Notes under the pieces: model-generated
The model's database searches: none
What the model saw: only the letters and a program-made list of their open reading frames with translations
Told to the model about the DNA's origin: nothing
Assembly: GCA_051942165.1 (NCBI GenBank)
Contig: JAVECS010000004.1
Location: forward strand, 1-63,396
Source: Circinaria calcarea
Taxonomy: Eukaryota
DNA length: 63,396 nucleotides
Direction of reading: 5' to 3'
Program-made: the position numbers and the translations under genes
Shown here: positions 23,546-35,408 of the stretch, piece after piece
Position numbering within the stretch: the first letter of the stretch is position 1
How the letters are laid out: each line of letters starts with the position of its first letter

Positions 23546-24325
23546 TCACTCGATCAGATGCATGCCGAAAATATGAAGACTATCCCGCTCTCGCCATTCT
23601 CCAGCAAGGAAAACAGCTTTCCCAGTCCATTCATAAACTCCATTTTTCGTCATCCCAGTCTTGTCCATTACCCGCAAACTCGCTGGATTACATTCATTCA
23701 CAATTGCTCGGATGTAAAGCTTCGAGAAAGGTGACCAAAAAGATCGCGCCCTTTTACAGGACTCAAACACTGCCTTTACCGACTCGGTCGCGTATCCTTT
23801 ACCCCATCCAATGGGTAAGAACGAATATGCGATTTCGATAGTGAGTGTCGTAATCGCGGCCGCAACCGGTAATGTAAGATCTTCCGGCAACACAAGGCTG
23901 CGATCATCCAACGATTTCAAAGTCACAAGGCCGACGAATTCTGTTGGTATTTCCCCTCGTTCTGCGGGTGGCATTTCGCCTTCAACAGAACCGCTCATCG
24001 ACTCAAGGACCTTGTGCACAGCATAGACGACTCTGTATGTATGTTCTCCTTCTTTATTGATTGGTAGACTACCTTTTATGACCCTCTCCGTGTCCTCGAT
24101 GGATTTCGCCTGGCCATAAATGCTTTACAAAGTCATTCGCAAAACTAAATCACAGAACGAAACTCGACATGAAAAAAACGGAGTAAAGAAGAGCACGTCT
24201 TACCTCCACCACGTAGCCTTTTCGTTGCTGAGCAGTTCATGAAACCACTCGAACTCCGGACTTCCTCTTTCCGCTTTCGTGACGAGAATCAGTTTAAGCC
24301 GTGGTGTGAAGACAACCGGGTCCAT
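23546..24325 (-). CDS. GNAT acetyltransferase (RimJ/RimL, Acetyltransf_3 type), 2 exons
   Basis: VFTPRLKL N-terminus, EIAYSFLPIGWGKGYATESV acetyl-CoA motif, NPASLRVMDKTGM. Confidence 0.9.
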
Positions 24326-24563
24326 CGGGTCGCTCCGCTGCTGCGCTTCGCCACTTTTGACGTAATTGGCGCTGTCGACTCGTCCGTGTTTCTGGTTCCC
24401 CACGGCCTTGCGGAAGCGTGTGTTTCTGCACGGGTAGCTCAGTTTTGAGGTTCGCTTAGAAGATCCCACTAGCATTCTGACTACCCGGCCCGGGCTCAGT
24501 GAGTTCTTCCCTAAAAATCATCTTCGGGGAAGAATACCGAGTTTATCATCGAATGATTAATAC

Positions 24564-24854
24564 TGTAAGGGTGCTAGGATAGGCTAGACTTGTATAAGGG
24601 ATAGAGTCACTCCGTGGTGCACGGTTACCTGGGAACGTTATATGCGTCTATTGTTATTCCAATCGTTGGTGTCTATAAGCATGCTATTCTAAAGAGCGAG
24701 AATGGCCTGCCTATATAGTACGTTGCTCACCCTGCTCACCTCCATGAGCATACTGAGCACTCGGCCCAAGGTTACCCCGTTCCGGAGCCTAACTTCTCTG
24801 AGTAGGAGCTCGGAGTGATAGTACACCCGAGCCCCGAACCGAAAAGGTTTGACA
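24564..24854 (-). mobile_element. Second LTR-like relic related to 2283-2664, inverted
   Basis: Minus strand ends GCACCCTTACA (cf. GCGCCCTTACA), carries TATATAGGCAGG and the identical 28-mer CGCTCTTTAGAATAGCATGCTTATAGAC, plus degenerate TGCTCA/TGAGCA units. The 5' boundary is uncertain. Confidence 0.65.
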
Positions 24855-25010
24855 AGAAACCAGTCAGACCTCTCGCCGGGTTTAGCAACATTATACACTA
24901 GCGTTCATAATATGAGGGTTGGTGCTATATGATTCGGAAACGGTCCTAGGTAAGTTTCCAGTCTAGGTTCCATGGCAACACGATAAAGTAAACCATAAAA
25001 TGATCGACAT

Positions 25011-25161
25011 TATCCCTTAATCTGTTGCTCAGGCAGCCCGAATTATGCGTTTTTTGGACGGACCAGAAATCTGGTCCGTGCCAGCCTGGCTGGCCGATCC
25101 TAACCTTGTATCCAAAAAACGCACAGTTCGGGCTGCCTGAGCAACAGTTTAATTAAGGATA
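25011..25161. mobile_element. Palindromic MITE-like element with nested hairpins
   Basis: 37-bp inverted arms 25022-25058 and 25111-25147 (2 mismatches), extendable outward to TATCC(C)TTAA. Two internal perfect hairpins. Flanked by TA, or by TTAA with the shorter boundary. Confidence 0.8.
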
Positions 25162-25818
25162 CGACTCAATTTCCATTCAACACTTTCTGCCTTGTGAAAA
25201 TTCCAGACTTTTAGCGCGAGGTAAAGTCCAAATTTAAGCGAGGCCCCCTTTCGCCAGAAGTTGATTAATAATGGATAGGGGTTTGTGGATGAGATTATCT
25301 TAGGCTCGAGAATCATCAAACACAACGGCTTTCATTATACAGCTAAGAAGTATCGCAATAGTATAACGATCTAAAGTACCTTGAAGGATGAGTAGAATAC
25401 TCACCACCACATATCTCTTAGTACAACCAGACGCAGCTACTTGCTAGTTGCTCGCAACAGCATCATATATAGATAAACTCCTGATAGACTATGCCAACGG
25501 CGTCCCTAGATCTCCTGCGAGGAGTCAAACTGAATTTCATATCTCAAATGGCAGCAATTTACATTACACGCAAGTTCGAAGCGGCAATCCGTTTCCCCAA
25601 GAGAACAGAGGATGTAAAGCAGGCTGTCATTTAGACCTAGGGGGTTTTAGCCTTAAGACAGCATAACTAAATTGACGTCACAGTGTTATTAGACAAGAAT
25701 ACTTACAGTTCAATATGATGACCAACTATCGATATAGAGACTGAAGAATGATAAACTGTTCCATCGATGTTGAAATCTAAATTGACGTATATGCTGGTAT
25801 CAGGCCGGGGAACGTCCG

Positions 25819-26554
25819 CTAAATGCGGGCCCAGTCCCCGACGGCATCGTCTGCTACCGCCGAATTGAATTCGTTCTGGTCGAGCCATTCCTCCGCTGTC
25901 ATCATTTCTGCGTGTTTCGCAAAGAATCCGTCCAGTGCGCTATTCAAATCTAGGACTGTTGAGCCAATAACCATATTCGTTACCGAGGAGAGCATACCGT
26001 GTATTGTCATTCGACTTGAAGGCTGCAAGGATAACGTGCATCGCACTCATGAAAAAGGATCAGATTATCCGATATTGGCGTACCTTCACTATCGTGAGTA
26101 CAAACCCATACCTAACTGAGATAAAATGACGACGGACCCTTTCTAACGCGGAAGATGACTAGCCTCTTCACAGGCTTTCCATCTCCCAGGTCCTCATAGT
26201 AATAATCAACGTATCGTCGGACAATCTCTTGCATTGTATATGGCATGAGCACGGCGCCGTTGGAAACTACACTCGGGTGGTCAGTGAAGGCCGCAGGTCA
26301 CTGGTATAGTGTTGCCCACCTTGGCCTAGGGTGGCTTCCAAGACCGCGGGATACACCCAACCATCCTTTGAGATCAGGACTCCGTCGTCAGGACCGTGTA
26401 GGCCTTCTCTTTCTTTGCTGCCATCGAAGAGATCTGATCTTTGGCGAAGGCTCAGTCGCACCAGAGACGCCGGGAAAGAGTTGTGCACAGAGATTAAGGA
26501 AAGGCTGCGGCGAGCATTGCTGGCGATTACGAGCAGGGTTCTGCGCTGGAAATA
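25819..26554 (-). pseudogene. Tse2-like ADP-ribosyltransferase toxin-domain gene, spliced, one frameshift, no in-frame ATG
   Basis: Introns 26267-26319, 26084-26137 and 25950-25997 join SLISVHNSFPASLVRL...DGWVYPAV...VSNGAVLMPYTMQEIVRRY...IFRVRKGTPISDNLILFHE...(1-nt gap at about 26032)SLQPSSRMTIHDLNSALDGFFAKHAEMMTAEEWLDQN. This matches fungal Tse2_ADPR-family proteins as I recall them. Confidence 0.72.
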
Positions 26555-27535
26555 GACGCAAGCCGGACTGTAGGTTGACTCAAAGCACGAAAGATATTGG
26601 GGAAGTAGGCAGGTATGGGCAGGAACCTATGAACGCTTTTGGTTGAAGATCGAAGGATTTCGGCATTTGGGGGGTTCAGTTTTCCCTTGGTAGAAATTTG
26701 TTATGCTCGGGAGCACGGCACCGATGGGCTAAGCCCGATACTGTAAAGCACGGGGGGTAAGCTAGCAAAAACTGTGCATTCATATTGGCCACACTAGGTC
26801 CACTAGCATAACATAGCTCCGTTGCGGATGTACAATAGCTGACTGTTATGTACGGAGCGCGAGATTATCGCAACCTCCGCCAACAGACCAGCATGAGATG
26901 GGTGAGGGTCATCCACTCCGGATACCGTACATTATCAAGAGCGGTTCTAGAATTCGGCGTATACAGTAACTTATTTCAAGTCGAAGATCTTTTAGTAAGG
27001 CACAGCCATGTACTTGTATGTACCATACTCGTTTTATCGCTACCACCAAATCCTGCCTTCTAACCACCCTAACCCTATGTAATTTAACTTTATTCCCGCC
27101 GAAGTTTAGAATCGCCTCACTGCGCTTCGAGCCTCGAACTGTCGCTGGTACCTTGTAGTGTAGCCGGCAATGCCATGACAACAGCCACCAGTGGAATAAA
27201 GACCTCCAGTGGTAGGAGTAAACACAATGCACTAACTACCGCATTGCTATTAGGGTAAATGATGAAATGGGTTGATGGTTTCTATTGGCTGGACAACTAC
27301 ATGGTACCGTGAATCTGATGTGCGTAAAGGAAAGCTCATGATGCCCCATGCTGATACACAAAAATGATGGAAAAATGGTAGAAGCGAGCAAAGGTCACTG
27401 GAATGTACCCCGACCGTACAAGGAACATCGCGAAATCCAAACAGACTTGAGAAGCGCTTCCACCACGCCATTTGCCTTGAGCTGCAACAGTTATAAAACC
27501 AAGGGTATCTATGTTTGTCTTTTGACCATGAACCG

Positions 27536-29870
27536 TCACCCCCTCTTGCTTGTCTTTTCATCAGCGTGTTTCGCAGACCCGGTCTGCAACGATTGCCACT
27601 GTAAATTCGAAAACCCAATGATGCTATTGAACACCTTGTCTCTTTCCTTCAGTAAGCCCACATGAATCAAGCTTCCATCGATGCTCTTGAACTCCAATTG
27701 GCCGGAAGACACCAATCCCAGTCGGGAGACTATGGAGCCTTGCGACTTTCGCATTTCGGCCATCTCAAGAAACGGCAGGTTCCACATCTCTTCCTTTGTT
27801 AGACTTTGCCTGAACCGGATTCCCGACGAGTAGATGATCAGTCTTCCCATGACACCATAAGACCGACCACGGAAAGACATGATGTCAGCCTCGTCTAGGA
27901 CACTAGCCGTAGAGCCGGCGCTTTTCCAATCTTCGTCCGAGTCGTCGCTGTTGCGATAGTCCAACTCAATTCGCATGTCAGGAACAATGAGGTGTCCAGT
28001 ATAGGCCGGGCTATCTACGCCGGCCACCTCCTTGAAGTGGATTCTTTCAACCTTATGCTTGATGATCTCCTCCCGCGCTAATTGGGCTTGACGTCGGAGA
28101 TATTGGAAGGACCATTCAGCTACCATTCTTAGTATACTTGGGTAAAGGGGCAAGACGTACTACCCACCGTCTGTAGGGATATCCCACAATATCCACTTGA
28201 TAGGTGACACGAGGTATCGATAATTGGGGTACAGACTAGATATGGGCCAGGAAAGAAAAAACCAACCTCCCAAAGTAAACCAAAAAACATTCATGCAGAA
28301 TCTAGTATCCGCAAAGATCGATAATAGGAGACAAGATACGAAGAAAAAGAGGGAGCACGCTGTTTTTGCCGGAGCCTTCCATGCGTAAAAGCTGTTCTCA
28401 CATCAGTTTCGAGATATATTTTTGTATTGGAAGCAACAGACTTAGCTAAGACTTCTAGCATGTTTGCAATGTCGCCAAGCTGAAGTTGAATGTACGGTCC
28501 GAGCGCTTCAATCAATGGCTCTAGCCAGTCTTTTTGGCCATGCCTGTCAATAAGCTCACCTAAGCCGTATGCCACGCCTTCCCGATCCAAGGCGCGGCGA
28601 ATAGAGTCTCGTAAAGATTCTACAGAGGTCGGAAAGTAGCGGTTCTTGGCGACAAGATAGATGATATAAAGCCACTGCATGCGTATGAGCATGTCTAGCC
28701 AAGTCCAAGCTGAATGAAACGCACCAGAAAGCCCACAACGTGTTCTGTTATTAAATTAGGGATCTCGCTTTTATCGAAGCAAAGACATACCTACCAGTAG
28801 ACCAGAGTACAATGTACAAGACAAGCCACTTTCCAGTGTCTATAGGGTTCTCCCATCGATAGATAGAACGTACATCCATTGCCCAGGTCTGCCATGGAGC
28901 ACTTGCCAAAACTATCCTTTCTACATGATGTCGGAGAGTGTCGATATCATATGGTAGGTCATCAAACTCATCTATGTACTGGGCGCTGAAGCCTTGCGTG
29001 TAGAATATCAAGATCTAAATGAAGATTGCACATGAGCGAGGAATCCGCAACCAGGGTCTTCGATGCACATACATGGCCAAGCCACTTTTCCCACCTGTAT
29101 CGTACTTGAGACCCGCTATCATCCCTTTCCACAAAAGCCTCATGGTCTGGAAATTTTAAATTCCCTTTCGGAACCACTCTTACCCGGTTTATGTGATTAG
29201 TTGTCCAAGCAACACGTCTACTTTCTCGATGTTCCTCCAAAGCTGATATCTTATCTCGGAAATTGTTTGTGGCAGCATCGTCCTCATCCTTATCATCGGA
29301 CGTGGACTGTCTTGAGGATTTCGTGAATTCGGCTCTAGAAAGATTGTCATGCGCTTCGAGGAACTCTAACTCCTCTCGATGTGACAAGTGCGGCCCCTGG
29401 ACTGATGACAAAGTTCTCGCCGTGGCTTTCTTTACCTTGCGGATGGTGGTTCTTCTGGGATGGGCGATAGTCGTGGTAATGGATTGTAGCACTTCTCGGG
29501 TTTTGTTAGCGGATACTCCAGGGCTAAAAGTTTTCCGGTTTGCCAGTGTGCCTGGGTTGAAAGCTGCATCGTCGTGTATACTGTGCAAAGGCTCAGGCTC
29601 TCCATGGTCGCCCGCAAGAGCTGACGATGCCCTGGAAGCTAGATTCCGGAGTTGCTTTGGCTTTGCCTTGGTTAAGGAGGCAAGACTTCGTAACTTGCTC
29701 CTCCTAGGTGACTTGTCGACACTTGCATCTAAGGGGAGATTATCCGCGTCTTTGTAACCTAAGCTAGGGGTATCTTGGATCTTGCGAGGTAATGGTCGAG
29801 GTGCTTCATCGGGACCGGGAGAGCCAAAGCTCATCAGCATACGCGGTGGGGACGAAGGCGCCTGCTCCAT
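27536..29870 (-). CDS. Conserved hypothetical membrane protein with C-terminal PH/GRAM-like region, multi-exon
   Basis: Exons join into a continuous product (FSAQYIDEFDDLPYDIDTLRHHVERI, hydrophobic segments, WDIPTDAEWSF, GRLIIYSSGIRF, ERDKVFNSIIGFSNLQWQ). Function not assignable. Confidence 0.75.
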
Positions 29871-30176
29871 AGCTTGGATCTCAGTTCAGAGATGCCCATT
29901 CCGGTATCTTTGTTCGTGTTCTGATGGAACCCATACCTTGACGTCAGCTTGTTGCTTGAAATGAGCCCCTGGCGGACCCATCCATCTCTGGGCCGGATGT
30001 GTCAATGTGTAGACGTAACAGATCAGGCCTTGCCCCGCGGCGGCCTGGATGCTCGACTGTCATGTTTCCCTCGTGGGTGATTTATGAAGAATAGCTACTG
30101 GCTATGTAGGTCACATAAATCATGAGATCCATGACAACTAAACGAATCGGATTCCGGGTATTCGGAGTAGGTACTA

Positions 30177-30395
30177 CTGTGGTCGCAGGCATAATAGATG
30201 ATAGCGCTAGTTTCGACCAACCCCGGTACGCTCAGCAAAGGCTGTATATATTCTTAGAAAAAGGAGCTGTAATATGGAAGGTGTCCTCCGGTGTATCTTC
30301 CAGCTTTAGGTATAAATTCAAACTGTCATTTGGGCCCTAAATGATTATTGCAAGGAACCACGCCAACATCTGTTATGGTATGCCTGCGACCACAG
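30177..30395. mobile_element. Tc1/mariner-type MITE with TA target duplication
   Basis: Exact inverted 19-mer TACTGTGGTCGCAGGCATA at 30175-30193 and 30379-30397 (outer TA read as TSD), with further degenerate inverted similarity inward. Confidence 0.75.
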
Positions 30396-30741
30396 TAATG
30401 TCGTTTCATGGCAGAAGCTTCATTTTTTTCCCGCCATTATGTCTAGATTAAAGCTTATTGCTGTCTATAAAATCGTCCCTAAGAAGCTTTTCAGATTAGA
30501 CAATGGCTTATATATATGACTTCGTCTCCGGGGCCACCAATAGCCGTCTTTACAATATTTAAATAAGATTGATTGACGGCACAAGGAAATTGGCAGATGA
30601 TCAAACAGCAACCGCCGGCAATGCATTTGGCTGAACTTCTACCTTATCACAACGGACTGTCTTCAACGCCCAAGTTTTGGTTCCTGCAGTAGACCCAGAC
30701 GGGAATGAATGAACCGGATCTCAACCCTTTCCAGCTTGTAT

Positions 30742-31158
30742 CTAGCATACGCCAGAACAGTCAGGTTTCTTGACATAGTTGACCGTCAAGTAGCCATTCT
30801 GATGTGGGTCGTTGGAGAAAGGATAGTTTGTAGGGATGCTGCCACAACTCGAATGGTCGCAATGACCGTACAAATACTCGATAAGTCGATGGACAGCGCC
30901 GCCGCTAAACGCGGTATTGGTTTCCTGGAAGAAGGCGCAGAAATGACCGTCACACGCAATGTGTTCACCGTTGTTGTACTCGCGGCTTAAGGGTATGTTA
31001 TCGTTGATGAGCCGGTACATGTCGGCGTTCGACCTCTTGCAAAAGAAGCTTCCCCGGCAATTTATTCCTAGCGCTCTTTCCCCAATGGATGTTGATAATA
31101 CGCCACTCAGATTGAGGGTGGCTGCAATGATGCAGGCGGTAATAGCAGCTGATCGCAT
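30742..31158 (-). CDS. KP4-like killer toxin, secreted
   Basis: Signal peptide followed by ALGINCRGS, GEHIAC, CAFFQ, CGSIP and GYLTVNYV, the hallmark motifs of the Ustilago maydis virus KP4 family. Intronless, 138 aa, Cys-rich. Confidence 0.95.
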   Translation of the reverse strand: MRSAAITACIIAATLNLSGVLSTSIGERALGINCRGSFFCKRSNADMYRLINDNIPLSREYNNGEHIACDGHFCAFFQETNTAFSGGAVHRLIEYLYGHCDHSSCGSIPTNYPFSNDPHQNGYLTVNYVKKPDCSGVC

Positions 31159-32552
31159 GGCTTGTGGAGATAATGATGGTCTTCGCTATCGGCTATGGCT
31201 ATAGTAGCTACAGTAAGCATATTTTATGAATTTCAGGAAGCAAGTCGCTCACCAGTCGCTCACCCGTCGCTTATCGAGATTGCCTTCGTCCAATGTATTA
31301 GTAATAGCTAACGGGTGATGGTAGTATATAGGTAGTGATAACGGTTGATGAGCATCTTGAATCCTGGGACCTTTATACACAATTCCAGGCCCGTGTGCGG
31401 CTATACAGCTCGTTTCGAGCTTTTTCGGAACATATTGGCGCCATTGCGATTGCCGTATAGTTACAGCTTTACCGCAGCTTGCTCCAGTCGCGTGAGACAA
31501 GTGTAGATTGTCTTCGTATGACTGCCAATCGGAAAAGTGTTAACATTTGATAGCCAACGAGGCTCTTGGCCATGTGTTGCAATCCTTGCGAATGGGACGG
31601 CCACTTTAGCAAAACCCGAGGATTTTCAGATCTCTAACAGCGCGTTTCTCCGTGTCTATTACCAGGGCGTCCCTTACTCTGCCTTCAACCAAATCAGGTG
31701 CCGATGCGTGAACAATACCAAGGGTGCTAGATACTGATCACCGAATGACCGCAAGCCACGACAGCTTAATACATCGGACCGGATTCACGCAATGACAAAC
31801 GAACACGCCAGTTGAGGATAATGTACGGATTCAAAGGAAAGCGTACGAAGGGGCTCCCCACAGTTAAAATACGATGCGTCCCAGTCCATACGCTTCTAGC
31901 AATTGACCCAGATTCTGGAGACCATTGCGTTATGTCCATTCTGTCGCCGTTTGTAAACTGCGACACTATTAGAGCATACAAGCTCCTTTGCCTTGATTTT
32001 GGCAAACTGAGAAAGCTACATTGTTGGGAGACCAAGACACCAGAATAGATAGGTAGAAATATGAAATTCAGAGAGTAGGGCCTAGCTATCCCCGTGGTCT
32101 CCGGGCAATTGCTCGATCTGGTATAGGTGCAAAAGTACATACAGGTAACAGAATAATGCCCTACATACTCTAGAGGCTTCGGCCACGATCATCCAATTGT
32201 AGTACCAGATTGTCTTACTTGCTCAGAGGTCGAGGAGCGCTTACGAAGAGATATTCTTTTCTTTATCTTCGTTCTATTTAGCAGTGAATAGCCTGTCACG
32301 TCCCTTTCATGTCTGTGTTGACTCAATAGCATCGGAAAGACGAGGGCAGTGGCCATCATACATGACGTTCACCCATAAATTGAAACAGACATGTCTATGG
32401 CCGAGAGGTTGGGTGGTCAAGACATCCGGCATGCCTGGATCTGCAAGCAATCGACGTGGAAAACATCTGACGGAAAGAAGGACCGAAAGCAGTCATGTAC
32501 CCGCACTCCGGTAGAGCTACAAAGTATCGGGGAAGCTTCTTAGCAAAAGTAA

Positions 32553-32923
32553 AGGGGACGTGCACCCCACTAAGTTTGAAACGGTTTGTGGAGATGGCAA
32601 CTTTGGAAACCAACACCAAACTCCCCTCCCGCTGCTCGCGCCATAGTCTACTCCGACCTCTACCTCCCATTGTTCGGTTCCCTTTCCATTGTGCAGCCGC
32701 TTATCGAGACCCATCAATCTATTGATTCAGGGGTCATCTTCCGGCTCCAATTTAATTAAAGGTTAGTCTTCTTTAAAGCTTCAAAACATGGAGTGTTGAG
32801 CCTCAAATGTGGGGAAGCCGAGCTAGCTCCCCTCAACAAGGGCATACTTTCGTTTTCCACACGCATGCCCTCCTCTGACGAAGCGCCTATTAGAGCATAC
32901 ACCCATCCTCATACATTCCCCCT
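32553..32923. promoter_or_regulatory. Cluster of STRE-like elements upstream of glycogen synthase
   Basis: AGGGG at 32553 and 32729; CCCCT at 32829 and 32919. Confidence 0.4.
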
Positions 32924-32980
32924 TCCGATTGCTTCACGTCTCGTCGGTCGACGGTTCAACCCCACGACCCTCGACTCACA

Positions 32981-35408
32981 ATGTCGTCCGATATTGCAGG
33001 CTCGCACACCAATGGCACCATAGAGGACTCGAGCTCCGTCAATCGGGACGTGAAGAACCATATGCTGTTTGAGATATCCACTGAGGTCGCCAACCGCGGT
33101 GTGAACAGTGCCTGTCTCGCTTTGGTTGAAAAATAGCTGATACTCCTTAGTTGGTGGCATCTACTCCGTTATTAAGTCTAAGGCCCCAGTCACGACAGCG
33201 GAATATGGCGACAGATATACATTGATAGGGCCTCTCAATCGGGCATCGGTGGGTTCATTGCCGGGTGGTCGCTGCGCGTTGGAGTTAATGACCTGTAGGC
33301 CGCCGTCGAAGTCGAACCACTGACCCCGACAAATCCGGAACTTGCAGAGTCAATTACGAATATGCAGAACCGCGGCATTGGCCTTGTCTACGGACGTTGG
33401 TTGATCGAAGGCGCTCCCCGCGTTCTCCTTATTGACACCAGTTCTGGGTATCGGTGGTTGGATGAGTGGAAAGCTGACCTATGGAACACCGCGGGAATAC
33501 CGTCTCCTCCAGGCGACGACGAAACAAATGAGGCTGTGGTTTTTGGATACCTCGTGGCTTGGTTCCTCGGAGAGGTAGCTTGTGTACCTAGTCCATCAGC
33601 AACTAACTCTGACACCTCATACAGTTTGTATCCCACGAGAAGAAAAAGGCAATTATCGCACATTTCCACGAATGGCTAGCTGGCGTAGCTCTTCCACTCA
33701 CGAAGAAACGACGAATAGATGCAACTACCATCTTCACAACTCATGCGACCCTCCTTGGGCGATACTTGTGTGCTGGCTCGGTGGACTTTTACAACAACCT
33801 TCAATACTTCGATGTTGACGCGGAAGCTGGGAAGAGAGGGATATATCATCGCTACTGTATTGAGCGGGCGGCTACACATGCTACGGACGTTTTCACCACA
33901 GTATCACATATCACCGCTTATGAAAGTGAGCACCTTCTCAAACGCAAACCGGACGGCGTTTTACCCAATGGGTTGAACGTCAAAAAGTTCTCGGCTATGC
34001 ATGAGTTTCAAAACCTGCACCAGCAATCGAAGGAGAAGATTCATGATTTTGTGAGAGGTCACTTCTACGGCCACAATGACTTCGAGCCAGAAAACACCCT
34101 ATATCTCTTCACTGCTGGTCGATACGAATATCGCAACAAAGGTGTGGATATGTTTATTGAATCGCTGGCACGTCTCAATCACCGTCTCAAGACATCAGGC
34201 TCAAAGATGACCGTGGTTGCGTTCATTATTATGCCAGCTCAAACCCAGTCTCTTACTGTGGAAGCTCTGAAGGGTCAAGCTGTGATTAAATCTCTCCGCG
34301 ATACTGTCGACGTTATTGAACGAGCTGTGGGAAAGCGCCTTTTTGAGAGGTCCTTGCAATGGCACGAAGGAGATAATATGCCGGATGATAAGGATCTTCT
34401 TAGCAGCTCCGATCGTGTTATGCTACGACGCCGGCTCTATGCAATGAAGCGCAACACGCTCCCTCCAATCGTGACCCATAACATGGCAAATGACGGCGAA
34501 GATCCCATACTCAATCAAATCCGCCGAGTGCAACTCTTCAATCATCCATCTGATCGCGTCAAAATCGTCTTCCACCCAGAATTCCTGAACTCAGCAAACC
34601 CGGTCTTGCCCCTCGACTATGATGACTTTGTTCGTGGAACACATCTTGGCGTATTTTCGTCCTACTACGAGCCGTGGGGGTATACGCCTGCAGAATGTAC
34701 AGTCATGGGCGTCCCAAGTATCACTACTAATCTGTCTGGATTTGGATGCTACATGGAGGAATTGATAGAAAATGCATCCGATTACGGCATCTACATTGTC
34801 GACCGTAGGACTAAAGGTATCGACGACTCGGTGAACCAGCTCACGTCTTTCATGTTTGACTTTGCAGCTAAGAGCAGACGACAACGCATCAATCAACGAA
34901 ATCGCACGGAGCGTCTGAGCGACCTTCTCGATTGGAAGCGAATGGGCATGGAGTATGTCAAGGCTAGGCAATTAGCACTGCGAAGAGGTGACGATTTCGG
35001 ATGCTTTCAATTACTTCAAGTTCCAAGCTAACGCGAGTATAGCTTACCCAGCCTCCTTCGATGATGGCTACGATGAGGCTGGAATCTTCGACGCGGTAGA
35101 GCCGAAACTTAGCAGACCGCTCTCCATTCCCGGCTCGCCGAAAGATCGATCAGGCATGATGACCCCTGGTGACTTTGCATCATTACAGGAAGGCCGTGAG
35201 GGACTAAGCACAGAAGACTACATCGCGTGGAAGCTACCGTAGGCATATGATGTCTTGTATTGTATCTAGCCATGAGACTAATTCGCGTGCGTACAGTGAA
35301 GAGGAAGACCCAGATGACTATCCATTCCCACTGACCCTACGGACAAAGAAACCTTCTGGCCCCAACTCGCCTGTCGAGGGCCTGATGAACGGCCATGGCA
35401 CTCCATGA
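32981..35408 (+). CDS. GSY: Glycogen synthase
   Basis: [51 protein letters not shown], and the RPLSIPGSP regulatory tail. Confidence 0.98.

Noticed and set aside
31249..32725. Many 60-120 aa ORFs between KP4 and GSY
   Set aside because: No family resemblance or convincing splice pattern; treated as a divergent promoter region, although a decayed gene cannot be excluded.
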